A stretch of 56,030 nucleotides of DNA from IMG/VR virus record IMGVR_UViG_3300035703_000118, positions 1-56,030 of that record. The stretch is one strand, 5' to 3'. Made by a program: the position numbers and the translations under genes. The stretch comes from a virus. Lineage: Duplodnaviria > Caudoviricetes. The notes beneath the pieces were generated by a model. It had not been told where the DNA came from and searched no databases. It saw nothing but the letters and a program-made list of their open reading frames with translations. How positions within the stretch are numbered: position 1 is the first letter of the stretch; each line of letters starts with the position of its first letter. Shown piece by piece: positions 35,720 to 44,812 of the stretch.

Positions 35720-35967
35720 TGCACGAAGAAGTCTGGCAGGACTACCGGGAAATCTTTGGCCGCGGCCCGGAGCCGTGGCGTAACCCGTTGGGGGCACTGC
35801 GCTTGACGCTGACGGGCAACCCGGAGCACGTTGATGTCATGCGAGCACAGGCTGAGTGTGAAGAGTTGACGCGCATCATCAACGAGCATGTCCCTTTTGA
35901 CAAGTTGACGGCAATCACCGAACTGCGCAAGCTCGGATACACCGTAGAGCCGGGAGACAATTCGTGA
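35716..35967 (+). CDS. Hypothetical protein
   Basis: 83 aa, coupled. Confidence 0.65.
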   Translation: MMHEEVWQDYREIFGRGPEPWRNPLGALRLTLTGNPEHVDVMRAQAECEELTRIINEHVPFDKLTAITELRKLGYTVEPGDNS

Positions 35968-36209
35968 CGGCGTTCAACGACCAGTATGTCCGTGGCCGCA
36001 TGGCTCAGTTCCTTTTTGAGCGCGGCTACCCCGTGAACGACATTGCGGAAGATGGCATAAGCGAGGAAGGCTACTTTGCGTTTCTCAAAGACGATGATGG
36101 CAAAAGGATCATAAACCGCATAGAGGGAACTGTCGAGCGAGAAGAGCGCCCTTGGCGACACCCCGAACACTGGGTTGGCTTGGAGCGCATTATGAGAGGG
36201 GATTGGTGA
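35964..36209 (+). CDS. Hypothetical protein
   Basis: 81 aa, coupled. Confidence 0.65.
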   Translation: MTAFNDQYVRGRMAQFLFERGYPVNDIAEDGISEEGYFAFLKDDDGKRIINRIEGTVEREERPWRHPEHWVGLERIMRGDW

Positions 36210-36388
36210 TGCACGACCGACGCATCTGGGCTAGGGGCCTCACGAAAAACGAAGTGGGCAAGCCGATCACTGTTGACGGCCATCGCTACTTCCTGCGCAG
36301 CGCCGAACACTATGACGGACGCACCGTGTTGACGGTTGTGGCGACCGTTGAGTTGCAGCATGATGCGGAGGTGATTGTGCATGAGTGA
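36209..36388 (+). CDS. Hypothetical protein
   Basis: 59 aa, TGATG coupling. Confidence 0.6.
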   Translation: MHDRRIWARGLTKNEVGKPITVDGHRYFLRSAEHYDGRTVLTVVATVELQHDAEVIVHE

Positions 36389-36638
36389 GCCAATCAAAAT
36401 TGGTTACATCTGCGAGAAGTCTGGAGGCCATGCTGTTTTCTATGGTATGGAAGATTCTTGCGGCTCACATGATACGGCGGATATTGTTATCGTACCTACT
36501 GGCGGTAATGGGCGCGAGATTGACTACGCCAAGGTTGCTAAAGACCTAGCCGACTGGCTTGCCCGCCTTGAGCGAGATGCAGAAAAGTGGCGCTGGGCGC
36601 AGTACGATGCGTCTATGGCTGGCGATAATGGACGATGA
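36381..36638 (+). CDS. Hypothetical protein
   Basis: GGAGG RBS. Confidence 0.65.
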   Translation: MSEPIKIGYICEKSGGHAVFYGMEDSCGSHDTADIVIVPTGGNGREIDYAKVAKDLADWLARLERDAEKWRWAQYDASMAGDNGR

Positions 36639-37173
36639 AGAACTCGACCTAGAGCCGGAAGAGCCGCAGGAGATTGCACCCCGTGACTTCCAGTTGCGCT
36701 CTAAGCCGCACGTCACCACACCCCCGGAAGAGTTGGCCCGCATTTTCGGCAAGCGCGACACGCTGGAAGACAAGCGCCTGCGGCTGGAATCTACTGCTCG
36801 CCCCAAGAGGGTGATTCAGGCTGCTCAGGAGGTTGCACCTGAGTTGCATATCAAGCGCACGAAGACCGGCGCGTGGAGCACGGCGAGCACCTGGGGCAAG
36901 ATCGTGACGCAACTGGAGGCGCTGGGCATCCCCTACAAGGTGGGCGAAAGCCACTACTTTTCAGGCGACGAAGTGAAAGCCATTATGGGCAAAGTAGAGG
37001 GCAAGCAGACGAAGCGCGTCACCGACTACGTGCTGATTCCCGGCACCGACCAGATGCATGTGTGGTTGAACTTCCCATGGAAAGGTTCACTTGCTGCGGT
37101 GCGGGGTTCTGAGGTATCGTGGGCGAATCGAGTGTATAGCTCGACGGAATGGATGGAGGAGATGGTTAAATGA
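36628..37173 (+). CDS. Hypothetical protein
   Basis: 181 aa, phage-like codon usage. Confidence 0.7.
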   Translation: MDDEELDLEPEEPQEIAPRDFQLRSKPHVTTPPEELARIFGKRDTLEDKRLRLESTARPKRVIQAAQEVAPELHIKRTKTGAWSTASTWGKIVTQLEALGIPYKVGESHYFSGDEVKAIMGKVEGKQTKRVTDYVLIPGTDQMHVWLNFPWKGSLAAVRGSEVSWANRVYSSTEWMEEMVK

Positions 37174-37619
37174 TCTACCTAGGCATTGATCCGGGCAAAA
37201 GAAGTGGCATTGCATTTGTTATGGCCGACGACGATGCGGTCATTCTGATGAACACGAAAGAAGTTTACGGCGGCGAAGAAGGCTTCGTGGCCTGGTGGGG
37301 GGACGCACGCACGGCGCTGACCGCCATCCCCATGAGGATCGTCTATGAAGGCTTTTCCACACGCGAGGGTAAGCACGGGGTAGATCACACGCCCGAGCGC
37401 GTCATTGGGGCACTGAAGGCTTTAGCGAACAGAGATGGGCTGAGCATTACCGAGCGACCGCCTGCGGGTCGTAAACGCCAAATGCCGGACGCTGCGCTGA
37501 AGCGACTGAACCTCTACGTGCCCGGTGAGGCTAACAGGAATGTGCGCGAGGCGGTGCGTCACGTTGCGTCGCATCTCAAGACCATGAAGAACCCGGTTGT
37601 CCTAGACGCATTCCGGTGA
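37170..37619 (+). CDS. RuvC-like Holliday junction resolvase
   Basis: N-terminal LGIDPG..SG.A, central VYE and C-terminal REA.RH. Confidence 0.8.
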   Translation: MIYLGIDPGKRSGIAFVMADDDAVILMNTKEVYGGEEGFVAWWGDARTALTAIPMRIVYEGFSTREGKHGVDHTPERVIGALKALANRDGLSITERPPAGRKRQMPDAALKRLNLYVPGEANRNVREAVRHVASHLKTMKNPVVLDAFR

Positions 37620-37620
37620 C

Positions 37621-37665
37621 AGCAAAAGCCGCCCAGAGCCGTTATATGCCCTGAGCGGCTTTGCT
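37621..37665. terminator. Hairpin terminator at the convergence of the two arms
   Basis: AGCAAAAGCCGC...GCGGCTTTGCT inverted repeat. Confidence 0.7.
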
Positions 37666-37715
37666 AGATCAGCCACCTACCTCTCATTACTTACGTGGAA
37701 TGAGGGCGAGGCGCG

Positions 37716-37931
37716 TTACTCTCCTGCGCTGTAAAACTCTTTGTACTGCTTGTCGGTGATGGCGTTCGGCACGCCAGCGACAATGCCACCAGTTCCGAGC
37801 GCAGCAATGGCAACCCAAATCCACTCTTCGGGCGTCACAACGCCATCGGTGAGCGCGCCAGCAAGGGTGACGAGGGCGGGCACAATGAAAGCCGCAATGG
37901 CCTTCCGGTACTGAGAAATCTTGTCAATCAT
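37716..37931 (-). CDS. Holin (two TM)
   Basis: MIDKISQYRKAIAAF...DGVVTPEEW...GVPN; AGGAG RBS; near the endolysin. Confidence 0.75.
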   Translation of the reverse strand: MIDKISQYRKAIAAFIVPALVTLAGALTDGVVTPEEWIWVAIAALGTGGIVAGVPNAITDKQYKEFYSAGE

Positions 37932-37941
37932 GGTTTCTCCT

Positions 37942-38022
37942 TTATTGGCAACTCTCGCACGCGAGGGCTTCCATAGGGTCAATGGGGCAGGCGTATCCGT
38001 CAACGGTGTTGGTTTCGTTCAT
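37942..38022 (-). CDS. 26-aa CxxC peptide MNETNTVDGYACPIDPMEALACESCQ
   Basis: ATG overlaps the upstream TGA; TGCTAAACT -10 lies 6 nt upstream; its stop runs into the holin RBS. Confidence 0.65.
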   Translation of the reverse strand: MNETNTVDGYACPIDPMEALACESCQ

Positions 38023-38213
38023 CAATCCAGTTTAGCACTTGACTCTTCACGCTCGCGCCCGCATTCCACGCAATAGGTGACGAACTCAGGAGCCTCAGAA
38101 GTCCAGGTGTGCAGCCCGTCAGAAGAGTTGGCGCACGAATACTCGAAGTCGCTCAAAGGGGTCGTACCCCAGTCACAATTGTCATCCGACCAGTCGATGT
38201 ATGCGGTTGCCAT
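38022..38213 (-). CDS. Small acidic Cys/His protein
   Basis: 63 aa, C...H.W...CVEC; TAAGAT 6 nt before the ATG. Confidence 0.65.
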   Translation of the reverse strand: MATAYIDWSDDNCDWGTTPLSDFEYSCANSSDGLHTWTSEAPEFVTYCVECGREREESSAKLD

Positions 38214-38284
38214 TTCTACATCTTACCGTAAACGATAATAAGGACGGGCCTTACTTTCACTTAGGGACATAAATGTAGGTACGG

Positions 38285-39541
38285 CTACATTATGCGCAAG
38301 TTCTCCCAAGCGCCATCTTGCGCCGTGAACGTCAACATGCCAGAACGGGAACTCTCACCAGTCTTGTTTGTGAACCACGAGCTACCGTTGTCGCTGGCGG
38401 GGGAAACCATGAGCCAGCGCGCGTCACCAGACTGCTGCACGCGCAACGAGTGGAAGTGTCCAAACAGGGCAATGTCAGCCTCGCTAAGCGGCAAGCGCCC
38501 ATGGGATTGTCCCTGCCAGAACTTGCTCAAACCGTCAGCCGAATTGGCGAGGTGTCCGTGGGACATGCCGATGGCGGTTCCAGCGACCCGCAGGCAGAGG
38601 CTTTCATGCGGAAGTTCGGGTACGATTACGTCAACATTGGACAGCGCAGTAGAGTGCTTCACCACATCGCGCAGTTGCTCGGCAATCTCAATGCCGTAGT
38701 CGTCTAGCACATGATTTTCGGGAGACTTCGGGCCGATGCGAACCGAGCCGTGGTTTGAGGGCACTGCCGCGTAAGTCAACTTTGGCGACAGGGGTGCAAG
38801 AGTTTTGATGCCCTCCAGAAGTAGGCGGCGTGCGAGCCTGATCTGCTCGGTGAGCGCAAGGGTGTTGGTGCCGCGCTGGGACGATGTGGAATTAATGTTC
38901 TCAACCGAATCGCCAAGTTCGGCAATGAGGATTTCGCTGGGCTGGTATTCGCGGCAGAACGCTTCGGCTTTGGCCCACGACTGCATGACGCGCTCGGTCA
39001 GGTCGTGGTGGTCGAGTCCGTAGTCGCCTTTACCGGCTTGCAAGTCGGAGGGGCAGATGATGAATGCGCCACTGGTTGATTTTGACCAGTCGGTGCGTTC
39101 CGGCTTGTAGGTTTCGATGTTGGCGAGCAGTTCGTCAAGATCGGGTGCGGCAACTCGCGTGCCCGTTTTGGGCGTGGCCGACATTCGGTTGGAGAACATA
39201 TCCACGCCGTAGGCAATGGAACGGATGGAGATGGAAAAGTCGTCAGGGTTGTCACCAGACGATTTAATCCAAGCGCGAGCATCATCCAGCGTGACCGGTC
39301 GGTCGCGCACTGCCTCAACGCTGCGAGAGCCGTCAGAGGACTGCTCGGTGGTTTCTGCTGGCTTGCGAAAGCCGCCAGGGGTGACAATGGACTCTCCCGC
39401 CGCACGCAACTTCCTGTGCTTTTGGATGAAGGTTTTGCCAGTTCCCCAGCGGTGAGCAACTTGCTGGTTGCTGAGGTTCAGATTGTCTAGGTCTGAAATG
39501 AAAGCCTGATTGCCAAAAAGTCCGTCATGCTTGTGCGCCAT
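38285..39541 (-). CDS. Calcineurin-like metallophosphoesterase (Mre11/SbcD-like)
   Basis: SDLQ, GDSVE, SNHG, HGH and GHFH motifs. Confidence 0.85.
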   Translation of the reverse strand: MAHKHDGLFGNQAFISDLDNLNLSNQQVAHRWGTGKTFIQKHRKLRAAGESIVTPGGFRKPAETTEQSSDGSRSVEAVRDRPVTLDDARAWIKSSGDNPDDFSISIRSIAYGVDMFSNRMSATPKTGTRVAAPDLDELLANIETYKPERTDWSKSTSGAFIICPSDLQAGKGDYGLDHHDLTERVMQSWAKAEAFCREYQPSEILIAELGDSVENINSTSSQRGTNTLALTEQIRLARRLLLEGIKTLAPLSPKLTYAAVPSNHGSVRIGPKSPENHVLDDYGIEIAEQLRDVVKHSTALSNVDVIVPELPHESLCLRVAGTAIGMSHGHLANSADGLSKFWQGQSHGRLPLSEADIALFGHFHSLRVQQSGDARWLMVSPASDNGSSWFTNKTGESSRSGMLTFTAQDGAWENLRIM

Positions 39542-39595
39542 TGACGCCTCCCTTAGTCGGGGTAAGTCTACACTAGGCGTTGAGAGTGTAAAGCG

Positions 39596-39910
39596 TCATG
39601 CCCCGTACAACTGATTGAGCAACCCCAGCCCAAATCCGGCAACTGCCACAATGCCGAGGGCGATAGTCCAGCCGTTGACTTTGGGCGGCTTGGATTCACG
39701 GATCGCTTTGATGTCGCCTTTCATCTCGGTGACATCCTGCTGAAGTTTGCTGATAACCAAGTCCTGTGCAGTCTCTTTAGAAGCCTGAACTTTCATTGCC
39801 TCCCCGAAGAACTCCATTGTGACGTTGATCCTCTCAAACTGCTGCGCAATGAATACTGCGTCAACTTGCACGGTTTCGCGCGGTTCGTTGGGGCTTGAAG
39901 AGGATTGCAT
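39596..39910 (-). CDS. Coiled-coil protein with C-terminal TM segment (lysis-associated)
   Basis: Directly downstream of the endolysin. Confidence 0.65.
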   Translation of the reverse strand: MQSSSSPNEPRETVQVDAVFIAQQFERINVTMEFFGEAMKVQASKETAQDLVISKLQQDVTEMKGDIKAIRESKPPKVNGWTIALGIVAVAGFGLGLLNQLYGA

Positions 39911-39988
39911 GGTTTTCTTTCTGTCGGGGTTTCACGCTACCAATTTTACAGGATGGCGTGACTTGTCCTCACCTTGGGGGACTGGCTA

Positions 39989-40759
39989 TTACTGAACGGT
40001 GCGGGGCTTGTTGACGTTGGCGTTGACGCCCGCAAAGTCATCTTTCAGCGCGTCGTTCACGGCCCGTGCAATAACCTGAGGGCTTGCCCCGCCAGTCGTG
40101 GTGCCTGCCGTGTAGCGCGCAATAAGGTCGGCCCACGCCTTGTCCGACACGGGCGTGTGCGGGCCATACGCGGCTGAGAGCGGCACGGCGATGTCGTTGT
40201 CGCGCTCCCGCGTGTACAGCATCACCGGGTTCACCGGCTCCCCGAGCGTGGCGTACTCCGACTTGCCGAAGATGACGCCACCACTTGAGTCCAAGGTGGA
40301 CTTCTTGACGATGTTTAGGGGCATATTCTTTTTCCTAACTGTGGCAGGTTTTGCTTGTCCGAACGGGATAGTGAAGTACGGCTCCGGGTCAACACGAACA
40401 CCGTCGAGAAACACGTCGGTGTGCAGGTGAATTCCATCAACCTGCGTGCCGGTATTGCCCATGCGACCGATGAACGTGACCCCTTGCACGAGGCGTTGGC
40501 CGACGACGACGACAATGCCGTGCTTCGGGAAGTGGGCTTGGCGCACCACAATGCGGGGGTTGATGCGAATGAGTAGGTAGTAGCCGACGAGCGCATTCCA
40601 GCCGATATTCTCGACAACACCGTCTGCGAGCGCGAATACCCGCTGTGAGGTTTCCGGGTCGTCCTCAAGCCACCCGTGGTCGAGGCCGTTGTGGAAACCG
40701 AAACGGGGGCGCGGGCCATACCGAACCGTGATTGGCCCAGGCACGGGGTGCATGAACAT
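39989..40759 (-). CDS. Endolysin, M23 peptidase
   Basis: HNGLD, MGNTG and HLH motifs; probable start ATG 40759 overlapping the upstream stop. Confidence 0.85.
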   Translation of the reverse strand: MFMHPVPGPITVRYGPRPRFGFHNGLDHGWLEDDPETSQRVFALADGVVENIGWNALVGYYLLIRINPRIVVRQAHFPKHGIVVVVGQRLVQGVTFIGRMGNTGTQVDGIHLHTDVFLDGVRVDPEPYFTIPFGQAKPATVRKKNMPLNIVKKSTLDSSGGVIFGKSEYATLGEPVNPVMLYTRERDNDIAVPLSAAYGPHTPVSDKAWADLIARYTAGTTTGGASPQVIARAVNDALKDDFAGVNANVNKPRTVQ

Positions 40760-41559
40760 CAGACGAGGCCCTTCACCGTCAACCGGTTCACGGTCACGTT
40801 GCCCGAACCGGCAAAAATCGTGAAGCTGTTGTACGCCGTCAGCGTGCGATGCAACCCCGACACGTTGTACAAACCCGTTGCGGAAGTCATCGGGTTGGTT
40901 GATGCAACTCCTGCAATGTTCCACATTGTCGCGTCTGTAGTGTTCGGAGTCGTGACCATGATCTGCCCAACGTGACGCGCATTGATCGCACCAATACCTG
41001 ACGACACTTGGACTTCTGCCGCATTCAAAGACTGAACAGCGGCGGCAGTTGCGTTCACTGCCGTGAAACGCTGATTGTCGTATGCAGTCGTCGCGTCTGT
41101 TGCGTCTACCGCAAATCGTGCGTTCAAACCCGCAGCGGCAGATGTCGTCACGTCGTAGTCAATTTGAAACACGCGAAACGTTGACGGGAACGCGTCCCGA
41201 GTTCGCACCAACGCAACGGAAGAGGAGGTGACAACGCCAGCGGCGGAAACCGAGCCGTTGGTTACGGATGAGGGAACTACCTGAACAAGCCCCCCCGCGT
41301 AGTACGGGTTCCAGGCGGTTGTGTAGCGGTAGGTCACATCTGTATCTTGCTGGTAACCCCAGTCGCCCTCCGCCATGCCAGTCTGGGCGGTTCGAGCCGC
41401 CGCGTTTGCCCACACAAAAGACTGGATTTGCCTCGTGTCGTTGACCTTTGAGTCCAGCGCGTCTTGCACCGAAGTCGCCACGGCTGCGCTAATTGCCTCC
41501 GCGCTCATCGCCGTTGACGAATCGGCGTAGTAAATGTTATCCGGGCTGGTGGTTGGCAC
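40759..41559 (-). CDS. Minor tail/receptor-binding protein
   Basis: 266 aa, A/T/S/V-rich, last gene of the tail module. Confidence 0.65.
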   Translation of the reverse strand: MPTTSPDNIYYADSSTAMSAEAISAAVATSVQDALDSKVNDTRQIQSFVWANAAARTAQTGMAEGDWGYQQDTDVTYRYTTAWNPYYAGGLVQVVPSSVTNGSVSAAGVVTSSSVALVRTRDAFPSTFRVFQIDYDVTTSAAAGLNARFAVDATDATTAYDNQRFTAVNATAAAVQSLNAAEVQVSSGIGAINARHVGQIMVTTPNTTDATMWNIAGVASTNPMTSATGLYNVSGLHRTLTAYNSFTIFAGSGNVTVNRLTVKGLV

Positions 41560-41687
41560 TACTGGCTCCTTGAATTGGTTTGGGCCTGAAGGATTGCAAT
41601 TTGGCGACGCATTTCTTCTACGACCCGCTCAAGTTCGGCAATGTACCGACCTTCTGCGCCTGTCCATTGGATTCCGTTGAGCGCCAT
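41559..41687 (-). CDS. Small coiled-coil protein (42 aa)
   Basis: MALNGIQWTGAEGRYIAELERVVEEMRRQIAILQAQTNSRSQ; TGGTAGAAT 7 nt upstream. Confidence 0.65.
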   Translation of the reverse strand: MALNGIQWTGAEGRYIAELERVVEEMRRQIAILQAQTNSRSQ

Positions 41688-41708
41688 ACAAACAATTCTA
41701 CCAGTTGA

Positions 41709-43928
41709 CTAAAGCCCCTTATGGGGAATGATGTCCTGGTCTTCGCAGAGGTAGCCAAGCCATTCCGCGTCGTGATCCCCCACTGTTTTTCCGCTCCAGG
41801 TGGCGTCAAAACTGTCAACAGTAACATGCCGCACGCATTCAAGCGTAGTTTTCGTTCTGCCGATAGCCGCACTTGTTACCCTGTAATCGCAGTTTTGGTA
41901 CTTAATGAGAGAACCGGCCACAAGCCCCAGACCGTCAACATCCTGGGTGGGGATTGCGATACTCAAAGAAAGCCTTGGCCCAGAACCGTCAAGACTCGCC
42001 CAAATCCCAGAATCGTAGGCTTGCTCAACCGTGTTGATAAATGGGTTTGTAATGCTAAACGCGACTTGTTGCTTTACCTTTTCGGGGTCTGCGCCAGTGA
42101 GGAGGCTTACTGTCGCTGGGTTGGCGACGACACCAGTGCCAAAGAGGCTGAGGGCCGCGTATTGATTCTGTCCGTCCGAAACCGCCATTGAGTACGGCGC
42201 GGTCGTGGAGGGGATTTGCTCTCGTGGGCCAACCATTGTTATCTCAATTGCGCCGGGGTTGTTTTGGTCTATTGCTACCGAAACGGAGCCGCCGTAGTCT
42301 TCCCACTGGCCCGCGACAATGGGTAGGCCAGTTGAGTCGATAATGAAATACGTCCCCTGGCCGGGGATGAACGCGGTTGTGCGAGTGGGCTGGATGATGG
42401 CTGTGAGATATGCGTCACTCTGAACGGTGGTTCTATTGGTTTCCGCAGCGTTTACCGAGATGATGCGGTTGTCATCCGAGCGCGCACTGTAGACTTCCGC
42501 ACTAACCGTCGAGTCGTAACTGAGGGGAAGGTTTGCTCCGCTAGCATCGTAGGAGATGGTTTCCACCGTTGCGCTTGCGTTGCTGTGGCGAATGTCAATT
42601 TGCCTGCCAGCCTGAATGTTTGTGGGCGAAACCGTGGGAGACCCTTCATAGTTGCTGAGGTCTATCTGCTGGCTCAGTGAGCGGCGCACAGTTATGACGT
42701 TGTTCACCAGGGCTATTTCCCAGTTGGTGCCATCTGCATTGTTGACCGCGCACGACATCTGAAGCCACTCCCACACACCGCCCCGCCAGCCTTCGGACGG
42801 AGGTGCGAGAATGGCCGTGGGCGCGTCTATCCCGCTACTCAACTCCCACTCTGCTGCGGTTTGGTTGGTGTAGTTTGTGTCGTAGTCCATCCACAGCGCG
42901 CGAGTGCGACCGGTGATCTGCCACGGCCCGACTTCTGGGGTGAAAGTTGCAGAGTCAACAAGAAGGTTCACAGAGGTCGAGTAGTCAGAAGTGTTACACA
43001 CTCGTACATTGAGCTGGGCGTTGCCGTCCGACTTGCCATAGTCCATAAAGACGGCAAGTTCTGAATCCCGGTCGAGGGCCGCGATGGAGGTTGACCCGGA
43101 AATTGTATTTTCGATTCCACCGGACATCGAAGCGCCAGTAAAAGACAGCGTATCTGCCGACCAGTCGAGGGTGACCGTGACGAAAAAGCCGGTGCCCTCG
43201 TTGGAGCTTCGTGGGCCACCGCTGAAGTAGATGCTCCAGTTGTCTCCATTGGAAATGCGGGCCTTACAGGCCAGTCTTGAAAGACCGGGCATGGGGACTC
43301 CGCCCGATGGTGCTGGAGAAAAGTTGGAGCCAGCAATTGACTGCATCCAAATCTTGTTGCTACCAGACACAAGCGCGGGGTTGCTTGCGGCTACGTAGTG
43401 CCAGCGCGGCTGATATGTCGCTCGCCTAAAAAGGGAGCCGTCGCTAAAGGCGACAGTGAAGTTGCCGAAAGACGGCGACGATTGCGCGCCACTGGCGTCA
43501 AAACCGGCACCGTGGCCGTTAAGGCTCCAAAAGACGCCACTGGTCTTAGAACACAGGTTGGTGCCAAGCATTTGCTCTGCCAGCTCAACCGCAGCGGGCA
43601 CCGAGCCGCTAATCATTGGCGGCATGGAGCGAACCGCGTCGTAGCGAGCCAGCAGGGTGTCCTGTACGCACGCAATGCGTTGCCCAGTCTTAGTGACGCT
43701 TCGGATGATGCCAGACACATCTCCCAGCGCCAAAGGGGTCGCGGTTGCTTCATTGTTGATGAGCAACACGCCCTCGCCAGCATCCACACCTGCATACGAA
43801 ACGGAGCCGGTTCCGCCCGCGCGCTCGTTGGGGTTGACCGGTGTGGCGTATTCCATAACCTGCCATCCAGGTTCAATGTCGCCTAGAGCACCAGAGCCAA
43901 CCGTCGTGACTGCCATTCCATTAGTCAT
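41709..43928 (-). CDS. Minor tail (hub/tip) protein
   Basis: ~739 aa, second gene after tape measure. Confidence 0.75.
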   Translation of the reverse strand: MTNGMAVTTVGSGALGDIEPGWQVMEYATPVNPNERAGGTGSVSYAGVDAGEGVLLINNEATATPLALGDVSGIIRSVTKTGQRIACVQDTLLARYDAVRSMPPMISGSVPAAVELAEQMLGTNLCSKTSGVFWSLNGHGAGFDASGAQSSPSFGNFTVAFSDGSLFRRATYQPRWHYVAASNPALVSGSNKIWMQSIAGSNFSPAPSGGVPMPGLSRLACKARISNGDNWSIYFSGGPRSSNEGTGFFVTVTLDWSADTLSFTGASMSGGIENTISGSTSIAALDRDSELAVFMDYGKSDGNAQLNVRVCNTSDYSTSVNLLVDSATFTPEVGPWQITGRTRALWMDYDTNYTNQTAAEWELSSGIDAPTAILAPPSEGWRGGVWEWLQMSCAVNNADGTNWEIALVNNVITVRRSLSQQIDLSNYEGSPTVSPTNIQAGRQIDIRHSNASATVETISYDASGANLPLSYDSTVSAEVYSARSDDNRIISVNAAETNRTTVQSDAYLTAIIQPTRTTAFIPGQGTYFIIDSTGLPIVAGQWEDYGGSVSVAIDQNNPGAIEITMVGPREQIPSTTAPYSMAVSDGQNQYAALSLFGTGVVANPATVSLLTGADPEKVKQQVAFSITNPFINTVEQAYDSGIWASLDGSGPRLSLSIAIPTQDVDGLGLVAGSLIKYQNCDYRVTSAAIGRTKTTLECVRHVTVDSFDATWSGKTVGDHDAEWLGYLCEDQDIIPHKGL

Positions 43929-44812
43929 TAAGTCCAAGCTCCAACTTCTGTAAGCGTAGTGCTCAACGCCTTGCGGGGCGGGTTGATGTACGAATAGGTT
44001 TCAGGGCGGGCATTGTCGGAAAACTTCAGGCCCGTGTGCCCCTCGCCGGGGATGTGGCCCCCCGTCAGCGTTGGAGTCGTTCCGGTGGGCCACAGTTGCG
44101 CCATCGCGGAGGCGATTGTCAGCGTGGATGCGCCGCTACTTGACCGGGTGAAGTAAACTTCTACGGCCTGATATGACGAGCCTGCAAAGGTTGCGTTCAT
44201 GCGGGTGGAGGCGGTGGGGTCGAGAAGAGTCAGGTTGCTCGTGCTGGCGTAGGTGCCGTCCGTATTGACTGGTCGAACCTGCACAACGCCATTACCCGTT
44301 GCACTTCCCGAAAAGCCCAAGTGAAGCGTGTGTGTGGGCGGAATGACGATAATGCACCGATAGGGCATTTCTGGTGCGCCCGTACCGTCCGTCAGGTTGA
44401 AAAGCGCCGAACGCAAAGGTTGATCGTAAGAGTTTGCGCTCGTGTCAGCGTAGCCGTTGTGGTGCACGCTAATACCGGGCCAGCCCAATTCCACCAGGCC
44501 GGGGGAGGCCCAATGCGCGGGCAAGACGTTGGACTCAAAGATGTACGGGTCGGCAAAGTAGATAAGGCCAGTGCCGTAAAAGCCGGATGCAAACTTGTTG
44601 AAGACATTGAGGCCTTCACTACCTTTCAGCGGCGCGTTAAACTCAAACTGGTACTGCTTGTGGAACGCGCTGGAACGCTCAATGGCCGTTCCGCCATTCT
44701 CGAAAAGCATGGAATCAACAAAGCCAACGTTGATTGCTTCGCCACCGGCAAGGGGTGCGGGAACCCACTGCATTTTCTTGGTAGGGACTCCGAACCATAA
44801 TTGCTTAGCCAT
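43928..44812 (-). CDS. Distal/minor tail protein
   Basis: 294 aa immediately after tape measure. Confidence 0.75.
   Translation of the reverse strand: MAKQLWFGVPTKKMQWVPAPLAGGEAINVGFVDSMLFENGGTAIERSSAFHKQYQFEFNAPLKGSEGLNVFNKFASGFYGTGLIYFADPYIFESNVLPAHWASPGLVELGWPGISVHHNGYADTSANSYDQPLRSALFNLTDGTGAPEMPYRCIIVIPPTHTLHLGFSGSATGNGVVQVRPVNTDGTYASTSNLTLLDPTASTRMNATFAGSSYQAVEVYFTRSSSGASTLTIASAMAQLWPTGTTPTLTGGHIPGEGHTGLKFSDNARPETYSYINPPRKALSTTLTEVGAWT

Noticed and set aside
10321-37619. Lysogeny module (integrase, immunity repressor, parAB)
   Set aside because: No recombinase or ParA motifs found; the HTH proteins are not arranged as a divergent switch.
39989-40924. Endolysin start at 40924 as given in the ORF track
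   Set aside because: The extension overlaps the upstream tail gene by ~165 nt; ATG 40759 overlapping its stop is more plausible.
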